The position numbers were made by a program, and so were the translations under genes. From assembly GCF_018977255.1 (NCBI RefSeq), contig NW_024704742.1, positions 131,194,001 to 131,258,000 of the forward strand: DNA of 64,000 bases, read 5' to 3'. Of the stretch, positions 39,383 to 51,562 are shown one piece after another. How positions within the stretch are numbered: position 1 is the first letter of the stretch; each line of letters opens with the position of its first letter. This DNA comes from Callorhinchus milii (lineage: Eukaryota). The notes below the pieces were generated by a model. The model ran no database searches. It was not told the DNA's origin and worked only from the letters and a program-made list of their open reading frames with translations.

Positions 39383-39715
39383 GTAGCTGGATTGATGGTA
39401 AATGAGATGGGCCGATTACAGATTATATGGATTAATGTTAGTGGAAGTATACCACTTGTGAACTAGATGGATTGATGGTAGACTAGATTGTCTGATTATA
39501 GATTATATGGATTAATAGTAGTTTAGATAGTCCAATGGTAGACTAGATGGACCGCTTGTAGACTAGATGGATTGATGGTGACTATTTGGATGGATGGTAG
39601 ACTAGATGCGCTGATTATAGACAATATGGATTGATGGTAGACTAGACAGACCACTTCTAATCTGTATTGATTGATGGTGGAAGATGGGATGATTTTGGAC
39701 CATGTGGATTGATGG
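39383..39715. repeat. Degenerate 20-bp minisatellite (consensus GTAGACTAGATGGATTGATG)
   Basis: Units start at 39458, 39478, 39498, 39518, 39538, 39558, 39578, 39597, 39617 and 39637. Confidence 0.9.
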
Positions 39716-42104
39716 GGCTCCTGCCTGAAATTGTTGCTCTATATGGACAGCTAATACACTATCTTGTGATGTCACTGCAGAAAATGACAGGCTCATGTGA
39801 TCCACAAAAGGGTAATGCAAGGTTGTTTTCAGTAGTTTACAACATTATTCCCTCTGCAGAAAATGTCATTATCTCAGCTTGTCGGGAAAATAGTTTTGAA
39901 TATCAAGCTTTATTTTTTGTAAAGAAAGCCGTTGTCTTAGAGAAAAGCTTCCTTCTTAGGGAAAGGCTGCAGCACATTAAGATTAACAATGAAACATTAT
40001 CTTCTCAATTATATATTCTGTACTAAAGAGGACAAGGTTGCAAAGTTAATCATAAATATGGCCAATGCAATTCCCTGAAAGAACATTAATGCCTCTTTTA
40101 TCCAATGAAGTGTTATTGTTCTAGCTACAAATTACAGGAGATTTATGAAAGTCACAGTAAATCTATGTGAGATAAATTAATCTGTATTGACTACTCCATG
40201 CAGGTCAGTGCTGGAGATTGGAGTTCATCAGAGTAAAATATGAAAATACACAGCACATTACCCACTAAATCTCCAGATAAGAATTTTCAATGAATGAGAT
40301 GGTTTATAGCATTACAGCGAGAGTAATGCTCGTTTGCTGACCCAGATCGGTTCAAATTTAGACCGCAATACATTTAAAGCATAGCTTATTACAAACATCA
40401 ATGTCATTGTCAAATGTATCATTTGAGAGGTCCAGTCGAAGATAAGAAAGTCAGTAGATATCTTTCACTTTGGAATCACCTGTCAACATGGAATCTCTTT
40501 ACTGCAAAGTCATGTTAGCCACTGCTAAAGCAGTTTTTTTTATATATCAGGGTTTATTATTAAGGCCCAAGCTGCCGCCGTAACTCTAGTGGAACCTCAG
40601 GGGATACATTATGAGAGGTTTGAAATAACAGTTTATAATGTGTTAATAATTACGCGTGCATTTGATTTAATGCCTTATCACGTCGGCAAGACATCTCAAA
40701 GTGTTTTACAGGATAATTTTTCCCGTAAAATGTAGTGACTGTATTCATGGGTGAACACAGCAGCACAAGCCATGAAGAGAATGACCAATTTTATTGGGGG
40801 GGGGGGTTGTGGCCTAGGACACTTGTAGAACCTCCCTTTTCTCTTTTCAAATAGTGCCACAGGGAATCTTTAACGTCCAAGCAAATGGGACCTTGGTTCA
40901 ATGTCTCGTATAATAATAATATAATAATCATCCTTGCATTTGATATATAGCCTTATTATGTCATTGAGATATCCCAAAGCGCTTCGCAGAATATACTGTA
41001 AAGTAAATTGACTGTATATTTTGTGAGTGAAATATCCGAAGAATGGTATCTCTGACTATGCAGCACATCCCCAGCACTGCACTGGACTGTGAATTTAAAG
41101 TCCCAATGTTAGACTTGAACAATTTTGCAATGATGAACAGTCTGGAACACAGAGGCTCCAATTGATAATCTTAGGAATTTGGTACTTAATGATAAGATTC
41201 TGTAATGCAAAGTAACATTCCATAAGGAATTTGCTGTTAGGAATTGTTGCCAAACCTAAAAGACCTCTGACAGGATTAATAGGATTAATTTTATGAGAAG
41301 TGCCAGTGCACTTGTAGAGAGAGGTTCAGCCCCATTACTTTCTCGGGGTCGGGTCCCAAGACATTTTATTTTCATTCTTGTCCTTATCACACTGCATGAG
41401 ACAAGCGGAAATAGCAGTGGTCCCAAGCTTTTTCTCATTTACTTTAGAGAGCCCTTCTCCTGTGGGAGGAGAAGGAATTAGCATCTTCTTTAAGGATGAT
41501 TGTAGCGTAGGGAATGCATTGTAGACAATCATTTTTCCAAATACATTTTATTGACCGCATAAGTCCAGGAGGTTCTGACTCTGGAGTAATTCTAATAATA
41601 ATCCATGCATTTGATTTTTTTTGGGTCAGCCGGGTGTCTGACACTTGTCTATCACTATGCTGAAGACTATCCAAATCAGACTAGGAGCTCCACATACGTA
41701 TGCCACCTACACGTGGAAATTTTTCCTGTGTCTGAAATGGAATACACACTCTCTCCCTGGAAGGATGTACCCTGCTTGCCTAATTCTGGATAGAATTTAC
41801 AATAACAACCCTTATAACACTTTTCACAATGGGAGGATGTCTCAAAGCGCTTCACAGGAATTATTGTAAATGAAGTGACTGTGTATTTTATGGACTAATG
41901 GGGCAGGCAATTGTTTGGGGCAGAGCAGTGTCCCACAACCAGCCATGAAATGAATGGTCAGCTTTACTGGGAGATTCTTGGTCAGGACACCGAAAGGGAG
42001 AAACTCCCTTCCCTTTTCAAATAGTGCTATGAGGTTTTTAACGTTTACCTGATTAGGCAGAACATCTCATTCAAACATCTCTTGGTTTAACATCTCATTC
42101 AAAG

Positions 42105-42710
42105 AACAATAACAGCAAAATTACATTTGTATAGCGTCTTCCACATTGGGAGGACGTCCCAAGGCACCGGACAGACAGAGTTACGGACCCGAGCTGAGGG
42201 TTGGGGTGGGGGAGGAGGGAAATCAGGAGGGGAAGCAGGGAGATCGAAAGCATGGTCGAAGAGGAGGGTCTTGAGGTGAGTCTTGAAGGTGGCGAAGGAG
42301 GGGACGAGATGGAGGGACTGTGGGATGGAGTTCCAGAGGGTGGGTGCAGAGTGGCGGAAGGCCCACCCACCGATAGTGAGGAGAGCAAGACAGGGGACGT
42401 GAAGCAGGCTGGAGCCCGCTGAGCGGAGGGAGCAAACATGATGGTAGGGGGTTAGGAGTCTGAGAGATAGGGGGGAGCAAGACCATAGAGGGCTTTGAAG
42501 GTGAGGACCAGGATCTTGAACTGTATCCTCTGTGTGATGGGAAGCCAGTGGAGTTGGGCGAGGATGGGGGTGATAGGGTCGCGGAGCCTAGTCCGGGGGA
42601 GGACACGGGCTGCAGAGTCTGGATGATCTGCAGCCTGTGTAGGGACGAGTTGGGAAGGCCGACAAGCAGTGAGTTTGCATAGTCGAGCCTCGATGTAATG
42701 AAGAAAAAAG
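42105..42710 (-). mobile_element. L2 LINE 3' fragment nested in a SINE
   Basis: ITSRLDYANSLLVGLP and PITPILAQLHWLPITQRIQFKILVLTFKAL; L2 tail; SINE body on the left and SINE head resuming at about 42720. Confidence 0.92.
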
Positions 42711-43708
42711 GCACCCCCTAAAAATGCAGCACACCCCCAGCATCGCTGATGTGCGGCTTCAACCCACAACTTTCTGGCTGAGAGACCAGAGTGTTACCAA
42801 TATTCGATGTGATTTAGAACCACCCTTCTTTTGGTGCAGGCTGGTGAAAGCCGAGGCTTGGGGACCCCAGAGCGTGCATTGCAGTGTTTCTGGAATTCAA
42901 CCAGCTAAAGCTGAATAGCCTGCAATTGAAAGCATTGTCTTGTAGGGTTAACAGGAGCTGAATAAGTAGAATCTCTATCCCTCCAAATCAACAGATGTGG
43001 CAGACTGCCATCACCAATGCCTTGGTGTACTACAGACACTCCTGGCTCAGGATTACCGAGATTGCCACAGAGGATTGACTTGATTCCAACATTCTGTTGG
43101 CAAGCACTTCACCTGTATGGAATATTTTTGGCCAGGATAATGAGAGAAACTCCCTTCTCTTTTCAAATGGTGTTATGGGATCTTTAGTGTCCACCTGAAC
43201 AGGCAGATGGGTCCTCGGTTTAACATCTCATACAAAGGACATTTATTCTGTAAAAGCAGGGGAAAAAAAGATTTCATATGGGAGTCCCAGCTATTCAGCT
43301 GTTGGACTCAACCTTTGATGGACAAGAGATAATGAAACGCGGGTGAGATATAAAAAGCTCTCATTACTGACGTGCTACATTGTGCATTGGTTTACGCAAA
43401 GCTTCCTCTGTGCATTAACCAGACAGCTAACTCAACTGGACTGGGAGCCTGTAGGGACATCAGTCTAAGTGATGTTTTGTGAAGTAAATTAATTTTATTA
43501 AGCAAAGCGGAGAAGCAGTGATATCAAAAATGGCAGGTGGAGTTGGGATTTTGCAGCAGTTTTTTGTAGCATCGTATTTGGGAGAGAGTTTTGAGCCATA
43601 CATTCTATACATGAGCAAAGAGCAAATTTTTCTGTCAATCCCAAACTACTGTTTTTGCAGACAACCCAGCCTGCATGCTTGACAACCTCTATCTTGATCC
43701 GTGATAAC

Positions 43709-44056
43709 GTGGAGTCCTGTAGCATATTAGTTAGAGCACCTGCCTCGCAAGCAAGAGGACCTGGGTTTGATTCTCAGATAGGGTGAAACCTTAGGCAAGT
43801 TTCCTTTCTCCACACGCCTCTGTTTACCTAGCAGCAAGTAGGAACCTGGTTGTTAGTCGATTGGCCAATCACTAGCCGGGGGTAATAATCTCTTCAAAAA
43901 AATGTGATCACTCAACCCGACGCTGCTGTATGTAATTGGCTGCTGCATTTTGCCCACAAAATATACAATCAATTCACTTTACCGTATATTCTGTGAAGCG
44001 CTTTGAGACGTCTCGAAGACGTGATAAGGAGCTGTATCAAATGCAAGGATTATTAT
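43709..44056 (+). mobile_element. SINE family A, full length: tRNA-Ala-like head, central domain, Deu-like core, L2-type tail ending (TTA)n
   Basis: A/B-box tRNA-like head; body shared with about 10 other copies in the window; tail tcaaatgcaaggattatta. Confidence 0.88.
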
Positions 44057-45204
44057 ATTCTGTAAAGTACTTTGAGATGTCTCAATGATGTGATATCAAA
44101 TGGAATGATTATTATTATGTTGTTATTATAACAACTCTGCGGAATCTCTGCGTCTCTCAATTTAACCCAACAAGACAAAGTGACTATTTCAGGGGCAGAG
44201 CTGTTCCGTGTGCTGGATTTGGAGGGTGCCTTACAGTTTGAAGGCAGAAGATGGAGGATTGTACAAAAGAAAAAAAGACAAAGAAATGGCAAGATCCTAT
44301 GCAAACGAGCTCTGCACTTGGCTACAAAGAGAGCTCTGTGCGTTTTAGCTCGCAGGCACAGCGCTGCCATCACTTGTATATCAACTCCATGTCCCAGAGA
44401 AAGACTTGCTGTTTCACCTCCTCTATCAAACATGGTCTTCATCTGCTATTCCCAGCAGTCAACCTGCTGACATTCTGCACATTAGCTTTCTGTTCCGTTC
44501 TGAAAGTCGCTATTTACAAAGTACCGAGGGACTCTTAAATGTTTAAATTACTCAGACTTCCCTTTCAAGCCATCATCTCTGAAACGATCAGCCAGATAAT
44601 GTTTTTCTCTCCCCCGCCCCGCATTATTACAGATTTACTAGTTAATGGCAGCATCATTTTATGTAGGTCAAGGGAAAGAAAAAGATACAGAATTTTCTGT
44701 TCCTCAGGCAGAGTTGAATATATAAAAAAAAACTCGTCGAATTGCTGTTCAGCAAAAGAACAATTTGCCCTGTCTTGCTATTGTCTTGATAGGTAAATCA
44801 AAAGAGAGCTTGAAAGCCACTTGGGGAATCCTGAATGAGTCCAGAAATCCCATTAATGAACTAACTGGGAATTACTTAAGCTCGGAACATACTTGTTAAC
44901 AATATGGCTTTTCTCTTTGTAACATGCCACAGATTTACACTTCACCGAATGCCTTTAATGCCCTCATATGTACCTGAGTTCATCTGCTCACGTTAACATG
45001 TGTGTATTCCGAAGCTCTGAAGATGATAAGATTCAAAGCTCATTCAGGCTCTGAGTGCTCCGAAGAGTCATTGGCAATAACACCGGGCAGCATGCAGAGA
45101 GTGTAGAGATCCTCAACAAGGGGGACAAGGCTAGTTTGAGACATTTCTTAATGAGATTCTTTGATAAGTCATCCTCATTAAAGGATGACTGATCTTGTCC
45201 TTCA

Positions 45205-45573
45205 GATTTCTGTAGCTTAGTAGTTAGAGCACTCACCTCGCAAGCGAGAGACCTGGGTTCGATTCCAGGCAGGGCAAAAAGTTGGATAAGATTCCTTAAT
45301 CCACATGCCTCTCTTTAGCTAACAGTAAGTATGAACACGGTTGTTAGTCGATTGGCAGCTTTTCCGGGGTAATAATTCCTTTAAATAAATTAAAATAATT
45401 TGGTCACTCAATCCACAACTGTTTGTGGGACACTGCTGTGAGCAATTGGCTGCTGGGTCTTGCCCACAAATTATACAGTCAATTCACTTTACAGTATATT
45501 CTGTGAAGCGCTTTGAGACGTCTCGAAGACGTGATAAGGTGCTATGTCAAATACAAGGATTATTATTATTATT
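45205..45573 (+). mobile_element. SINE family A, full length
   Basis: Head, body and tail as in 43709-44056. Confidence 0.88.
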
Positions 45574-45724
45574 AGAAATGAGACGTTAAACCGAGAACCC
45601 ATCTGCTTATCCAGCTGGACGTTAAAAGATCCTATGGCACTATTCAAACAGAGAAGGGAGTTTCTCCTGGTGATCTGGCCAAAAATCTCCCACTGCCTCA
45701 GATTAAATTGGTCATTTTAATCTG

Positions 45725-46055
45725 CTTCCTCCACTCAGCAGGCCTGCTCCAGGTCTTCCGTCCGAACTGCCCTACTAACGGCGACCAGGCTTTCAGCCTC
45801 TCTGCCCCCACTCTTTGGAACTCTACCCCACAATCCCTTTGCCTTGCTACCTCTCTTGCTTCCTTCAAGTCATGATTCAAGACCCTCCTTTTTGACCGTG
45901 CCTTCAGCCGTCCTCCTATCCCCTCTGCGCTCCCTCATCCCAACCCGTCTCCCGCCAGGCTCGGGTCCTGATCCCTGACTTTTCAGCGCCTTGGGATGTC
46001 CTCCCGACATGAAAGGTGCTTTACAAATGTAATTTTGTTGATGATGTTGTTGCTG
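45725..46055 (+). mobile_element. L2 LINE 3' fragment inserted in a SINE
   Basis: Similar to 29810-30200; flanked by the two halves of a family-B SINE. Confidence 0.85.
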
Positions 46056-46679
46056 TCATTCATTCCATGGCTGTTTGTAGGACATTACTGTGCACAAATT
46101 GACTTCCTAGTTCACCTACAAATACACAGTCACTACAATTTGCAGTGTATCCTATGAAATGCTTTGAGATGTCCTCCTGAAGAGAAAGGCATTATATCAA
46201 ATGTGAGGATTATTATTATTATCTATCAAAAAAAATTAAGTTGGCGTTGTGTGTGCCCCACCATTGGATGTATGGCAATATCCAAAGGGTAAACTTTCTC
46301 GATCTCCCTTTGTGCTGTGACAAAGTTGCAGTTCTTCAAAAATTTGTTCTTTTCAGCCCATCTTTGTGAGACTGTGACTACACATTGTGGATGTCAGTGA
46401 ATGAAATGCCATTGAACATCTGCACTCTCAGTGATTGAAGCGACAGGGCTGAAAACACAGTTACATTGACTTGGACCATTAACATGGGACATGGTTTAAA
46501 ATTAGCATGACTTCAGTCAGCACAGAGATCAGAAAAATATTTTTCTTCCCCCACGGAGTTGTGAATTATGTGGAACTGCCTCTCAGCGAAAGCAGCAAAA
46601 GATGCTGTGCCAATTGATTCTTTCAAAAGCAACTCACTTAGGAACTGCATCAGAGGTTATCGGGATATATATATATACA

Positions 46680-46905
46680 TATAGAAACGTAGAAACAGGA
46701 GTAGGCCATTCAGCCCCTCGAGCCTGTACCACCATTCTAGACTTTCATGGCTGATCTGTACTTCAAGTCCAAATACCCGCCCTTGCCCCATATTCCTTAA
46801 CACTCTGACCTAAGAAATATCTACTCATCTCAGTCTTGAAGATGTGAATGGATCCAGATTCCACAGCCTTTTGGGGGAGAGAGTTCCAGATTTCCACTAC
46901 CCACT
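46680..46905 (-). mobile_element. CR1-clade LINE 3' end
   Basis: Same family as 4728-5020. Confidence 0.8.
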
Positions 46906-49900
46906 GTCTCTTCAATAATGTATACCGTCACCTCCCCTTCTCCCTTGCTCAGTGACCTGTGAAGCGCTCCAAGATGCTATCCTACAATGAAGGGCGATGT
47001 GTAAATGCAAGCTGTTGTTTGCTTTTCAAAGGATGTGGAGGGGAGGAGAGGGTGGAAACATAATGCAAAACAGGCTTTGATTTGAAGAACTAACCAAGTA
47101 TAGATAACAGAGTGAGAATGTTTGTGCAAGTTTGATTTAATGCGATGCCCCAAAAATATATACAGTCGCACAACTTTGTAGTATATTTCGTGAAGTACTT
47201 TGAGACATTTTGACAGCGAGATAAGGCGCTATATCAAATGCAAGGTTTATTATGTTTTATTATATATGCCTGTCCTCTTCAGAGCAGAGAGGGACTGCCA
47301 GTGTGATGTGACTTCTCCACAGCACTGGGCTAATTCAGCCCATCACCAGTCGTACCAAGAGACTGTGCTTTTTAATGTTGCTCCAGTTCTCCTCTCTATG
47401 TCTGAATGGACCTAAACTACAGCCTCTGAATTACATCCAACACCAAATGCATTCACTCTTTGAATCATCCACGTAACCACTATGTCCCAAAGCTCTGGAA
47501 CTATCATCCCTATCTCTCCACCTTGCTCCCTCCTTCCCCTCTTCGAGATTACGACTGAAGACCTTCCTCTTTGACTGTTCTTATGGTCATCTCCTCCCTC
47601 CCCCCCAGGTTGGCATCAGGCTCTGCCACTATCAAGCTTCTGAGTCCCACATTAAGCCCCGCATGAAGGACGCTATGTAAATGCGAGTAGTTGTTGTTAA
47701 TCACAATACTCCTTCATGATGCATCTCAGAAATATAGGTTGGAACTCCAGTTTCCAAATTAAATCGGAATTCAAGACTGATTTCCAAAATTCCGAATTCC
47801 TCACTAACTTAAATTTTAAGACTTAAGACTCAGATCACGTGATCTTTCGGGCCTCCGGAACTTTAAAAGCACCAATGCTTGCTTCATGTATTTGAGACAT
47901 GCTGTAGACATCAAAGGGCATTTGGCTGGCTCGGGTCTTTCTACACATCCTTGGTCCCTCTGCTCCACCATAATAATAATAATCGTTGCTTTTCACTTAG
48001 CACCTTATCACGTCATTGAGACGTCTTAAAGCGCTTCACAGACTATATTGTAAAATGGATTGACTGTGTATTTTGTGGGTGAAACGTGGCAGCCAATTAC
48101 ACACAGCAGTGTCCCACAATCGACTAACAACCGGGTTAATCGACTAACAATCGGATTGGGTAACAACTATGCCTTCAACCACTACACCCTGTTCCTCTGA
48201 AACTCCCTGCCTCATTTCCTCCTCCTTGCCCCCTCTCTACTCATCTTCAGATCCCACCTGAAGACTTTCCACTTCAACAGAAACTACAGTCACCTCGCCT
48301 TTCTCCTTGGCTCAGCTTTACCATTATTCAGTGCTCTGAGCCACTAGCCCCGAGGGAAGTACGCTGTATAAATGCAAGTTGTTGTCGTTGTTTAAGCTTT
48401 TGGTTCCGCATATGTAAGGCTGCACTTTGTAGATATTGCAAAAAATGTTACAATTTACTACTATTTTCTGTCAGTGTTTGCACCAATGCACAAACCCATT
48501 ATAGCTTGCAGCTCTCCCCGTGTCTTTCAATAATACAATTTTGCAGCTTTCCGGTCAGACATGAGACACGGACTGAATGGGTCATTTCAGCCCTTTCAAC
48601 TTTGAGCTTTGGAAAACAGGTGTCTTAATCAAGTGGGATTGTCTCTGCAAGCACATGGATATGATAATTGTATTAATAAACCTTGCATTTCGACCAACAT
48701 AGCAGACTCATAAACTCTGCATTATCCTGTTAATTTGCCGCTTGCTCCTTGTGCGTCAGCCTGACTCAATAATAATAATCCTTGCATTTGATAATAATAA
48801 TAATAATCCTTGCATTTGATATAGTGGTTTTTCACGCCTTCTCGACGTCTCAAAGCGCTTCACAGGATATACTGTAAAGTGAATTGACCATATATTTGTG
48901 GGCAAAACACGGCAGCCAATTGTGCACAGCAGTGTCCCACAAACAATCGTGGATTAAGTGACCAATTTATCACTTTATTTTCGATTGGTAGCACTCTCGG
49001 CTCTTAATCAGAAGATTGTCGCTTCAAGCCCATGTCAGGAGTTGGCAGTAGTATAGTCTATACTGATCCTCCAGTGTAGTGCTGGGGGAGGTTGTATCGC
49101 TGGAGGTGCCATCAGGAGTGCACAGTCAGGCTCGATAAACTCAGTGACAAGCGGACAGTCACCCGCAGTGTACGGTGCCTGCTATGTGGCACAATGGGCA
49201 TCCAAAAAGAATTGCGTCAGTGTGTACCTTTCACATCGCTGACTCAGCTGGTACTCACATCATCAAATGTGTCACTGCATATCCTCCACAAACCTGTGTG
49301 AAAGCTGATTTTCAAGGCACTATACAGTCAGCTATGTTGATAGATATGTGTGTCTTTGCCAGTACACCATTGTCCATCAAAATGTTCTTCCTGTCGCATT
49401 CCCTGCTACTCAGTTCTCTTCATGTGGGGTGGTGGGGGGGGAGGGAGTGAATCCAAAATATATTCAGTCCATCACTAAGATTTACACATAAATGGGTCTA
49501 ATTTGAGTTATTTCTTAACTATCATTCTTATCAGGCAATCTTGTTGGAAGTTCCGTAGATTGCTCTGGAAATAGATCATAATCATTATTTGAGAAGGGAA
49601 TTTCTCCTGGTTTCCTGGCCAACAATCCCCCCATTAAATTCACTTTCATGATTGTTTGTGGGGCATTATTGGGCGCAAATTGTATCCTGTGAAGTGCTTT
49701 AAGATGTCCTCCCGATTTGAAAGGCTCTACCAAATATAAGGATTATTTATTATTATTATTAATAACAATGTGATGAAATGGAACGGGGAAAGGGCAAGGA
49801 ATTGGGATTAAGCGAAGTTGACTCCAGTGGGTGAGCTAATACTAACCAGCATGGACTCGATGGGCTGAATGGCCTCCTTCTGTGTTGTAATTTCTAACAT

Positions 49901-50749
49901 CCTCAAATATGCCTAAACCCATTTCCTCACTGCTTCTCTTCTTAACATGCTTTTTTTTTCACATGTCAAACTCTAAGCTCAAAGCAAATACTGTGATTAT
50001 ATTGAACGCGACAGGACAGGTTTTTTTTTGTTGGTCTATTCTCGGTCTCTTGCACGCAGTGTCCGACGAGTTAGGGAATCTTTTATTTATTTACAAAACT
50101 GCCTTGCTTAGTTATTCTCCGAGTCAGTGCGATGCCCAGAGGGGCTTCTGTTCAGCATTGGTATAAATGGAGATGAGATGGAGATTAGGTCTCTCTAAGC
50201 AGATGTTTCCGACTGGAGGCTCATCTGCATTCTTTCTTTCTTCTGGTTAATTCATACAATATTTTGACTGATTTCTTATTAATCTGACAATTAGACTCTC
50301 GTGCAGCCTTCTGATGCGCAATTTACTGGACAGCGTGCTAATTATTATCAGGCAGTTGACTGATCCCAGCATCTGCCTTTACTTGCTTTAAAACCGTGAG
50401 CTGCATTTACACTCCAGTGACTCTGCTGGAGTTTGTCTGCACATACACACACCGCACACAACATGCCACACACATACATTCCCAACTTCCTCTCTCCCCT
50501 CTCCCCTTTCCCCAAGAATCATTGTTGCAGACGTCTAACAGTTAATTATCCTTAATGATCCTTGCATTTGATATATAGCATTATCGAGATGCCTCAAAGT
50601 GGGTCACAAGATGCCCTGTAAAATGGTGTGACTCTGTGTACTTTAATAATAATCCTTGCATTTGATATAGCGTCTTATCACGTCTTTGAGACATCTCAAA
50701 GCACTTCACAGAATATATTTTGAAGTGGATTGATTGTGTATTTTGTGAG

Positions 50750-51040
50750 TGGGCTCTGTCCTTCTTCACATACCCACCATTGGCGGTCCACTCTGCTCCC
50801 ACCCTCTGAAACTCCATCCCGCAGTCCCTACGCCTCGCTCCCTCCCTTCCCTCCTTCAAGACCTGTCTCAAGACCCTCCTCTTCGACCGTGCCTTTGGTC
50901 ATCCTCCGATCCCCCCTGCCCTCCCACTCTCTCTGATCAAGACCCCCAGCTCGGATCCGAAACACTGATTGTCCAGCACTTTGGATGTTCTCCCAATGTG
51001 AAAGGCGCGATACAAATGTAATTTTGTTGTTGTTGTTGTG
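50750..51040 (+). mobile_element. L2 LINE 3' fragment inserted antiparallel into a SINE
   Basis: L2 3' UTR and (TTG)n tail; minus-strand SINE body on both sides. Confidence 0.85.
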
Positions 51041-51245
51041 TACGCAGCAGCCAATTTGCGTACAGCAATGTCCCACATACAGCCAGGGCGTGAATGATTT
51101 CTTTGATCTGGGGATTGTTGTCCAGGACACAGAGAGAATCTTCCTGAACAGTCAGACACAAGCTCGCTTTAACGTCTCAACAGAATGATAACACCTTTGA
51201 CAATACAACGCTCTCCCCCAGGACTGCATTGGCCATGGATCCAAG

Positions 51246-51562
51246 ATAATAATAATAATAATAATCCTTGCATTTGATATAGCAATTTTCACGTCTTCTA
51301 GACATCTCAAAGCGCTTCACAGAATATGGAAAGTGAATTGTCTGTATATTTGTGGGCAAAACACGGCAGCCAATTGCGCACAGCAGTGTCCCACAAACAG
51401 TTGTGGATTGAAAATGACCAATTTATATTGTTTTGTTTTGGAGGGATTATTATTAGGCGTGTGGAGTAAGGAAACTTGCCCAAGGTTTTGCCCTCTGCCT
51501 GGAATTGAACTCCGGTCTCTCACTTGCAAAACGAGTGCTCTAACCACTGAGCTACAGGACTC
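51246..51562 (-). mobile_element. SINE family A, internally deleted variant
   Basis: Reverse complement closely matches 55367-55686. Confidence 0.9.

Noticed and set aside
39383..39715. Regularly spaced repeats as a possible CRISPR-like array
   Set aside because: Units are contiguous with no unique spacers, the context is eukaryotic, and no cas genes are present.
44197..44217. RE1-like sequence TCCAGCACACGGAACAGCTCT on the minus strand
   Set aside because: Mismatches at two core positions of the half-sites.
47832..47845. 14-bp palindrome AGATCACGTGATCT with an E-box
   Set aside because: Short enough to be expected occasionally by chance, and it may lie in an old transposon remnant.
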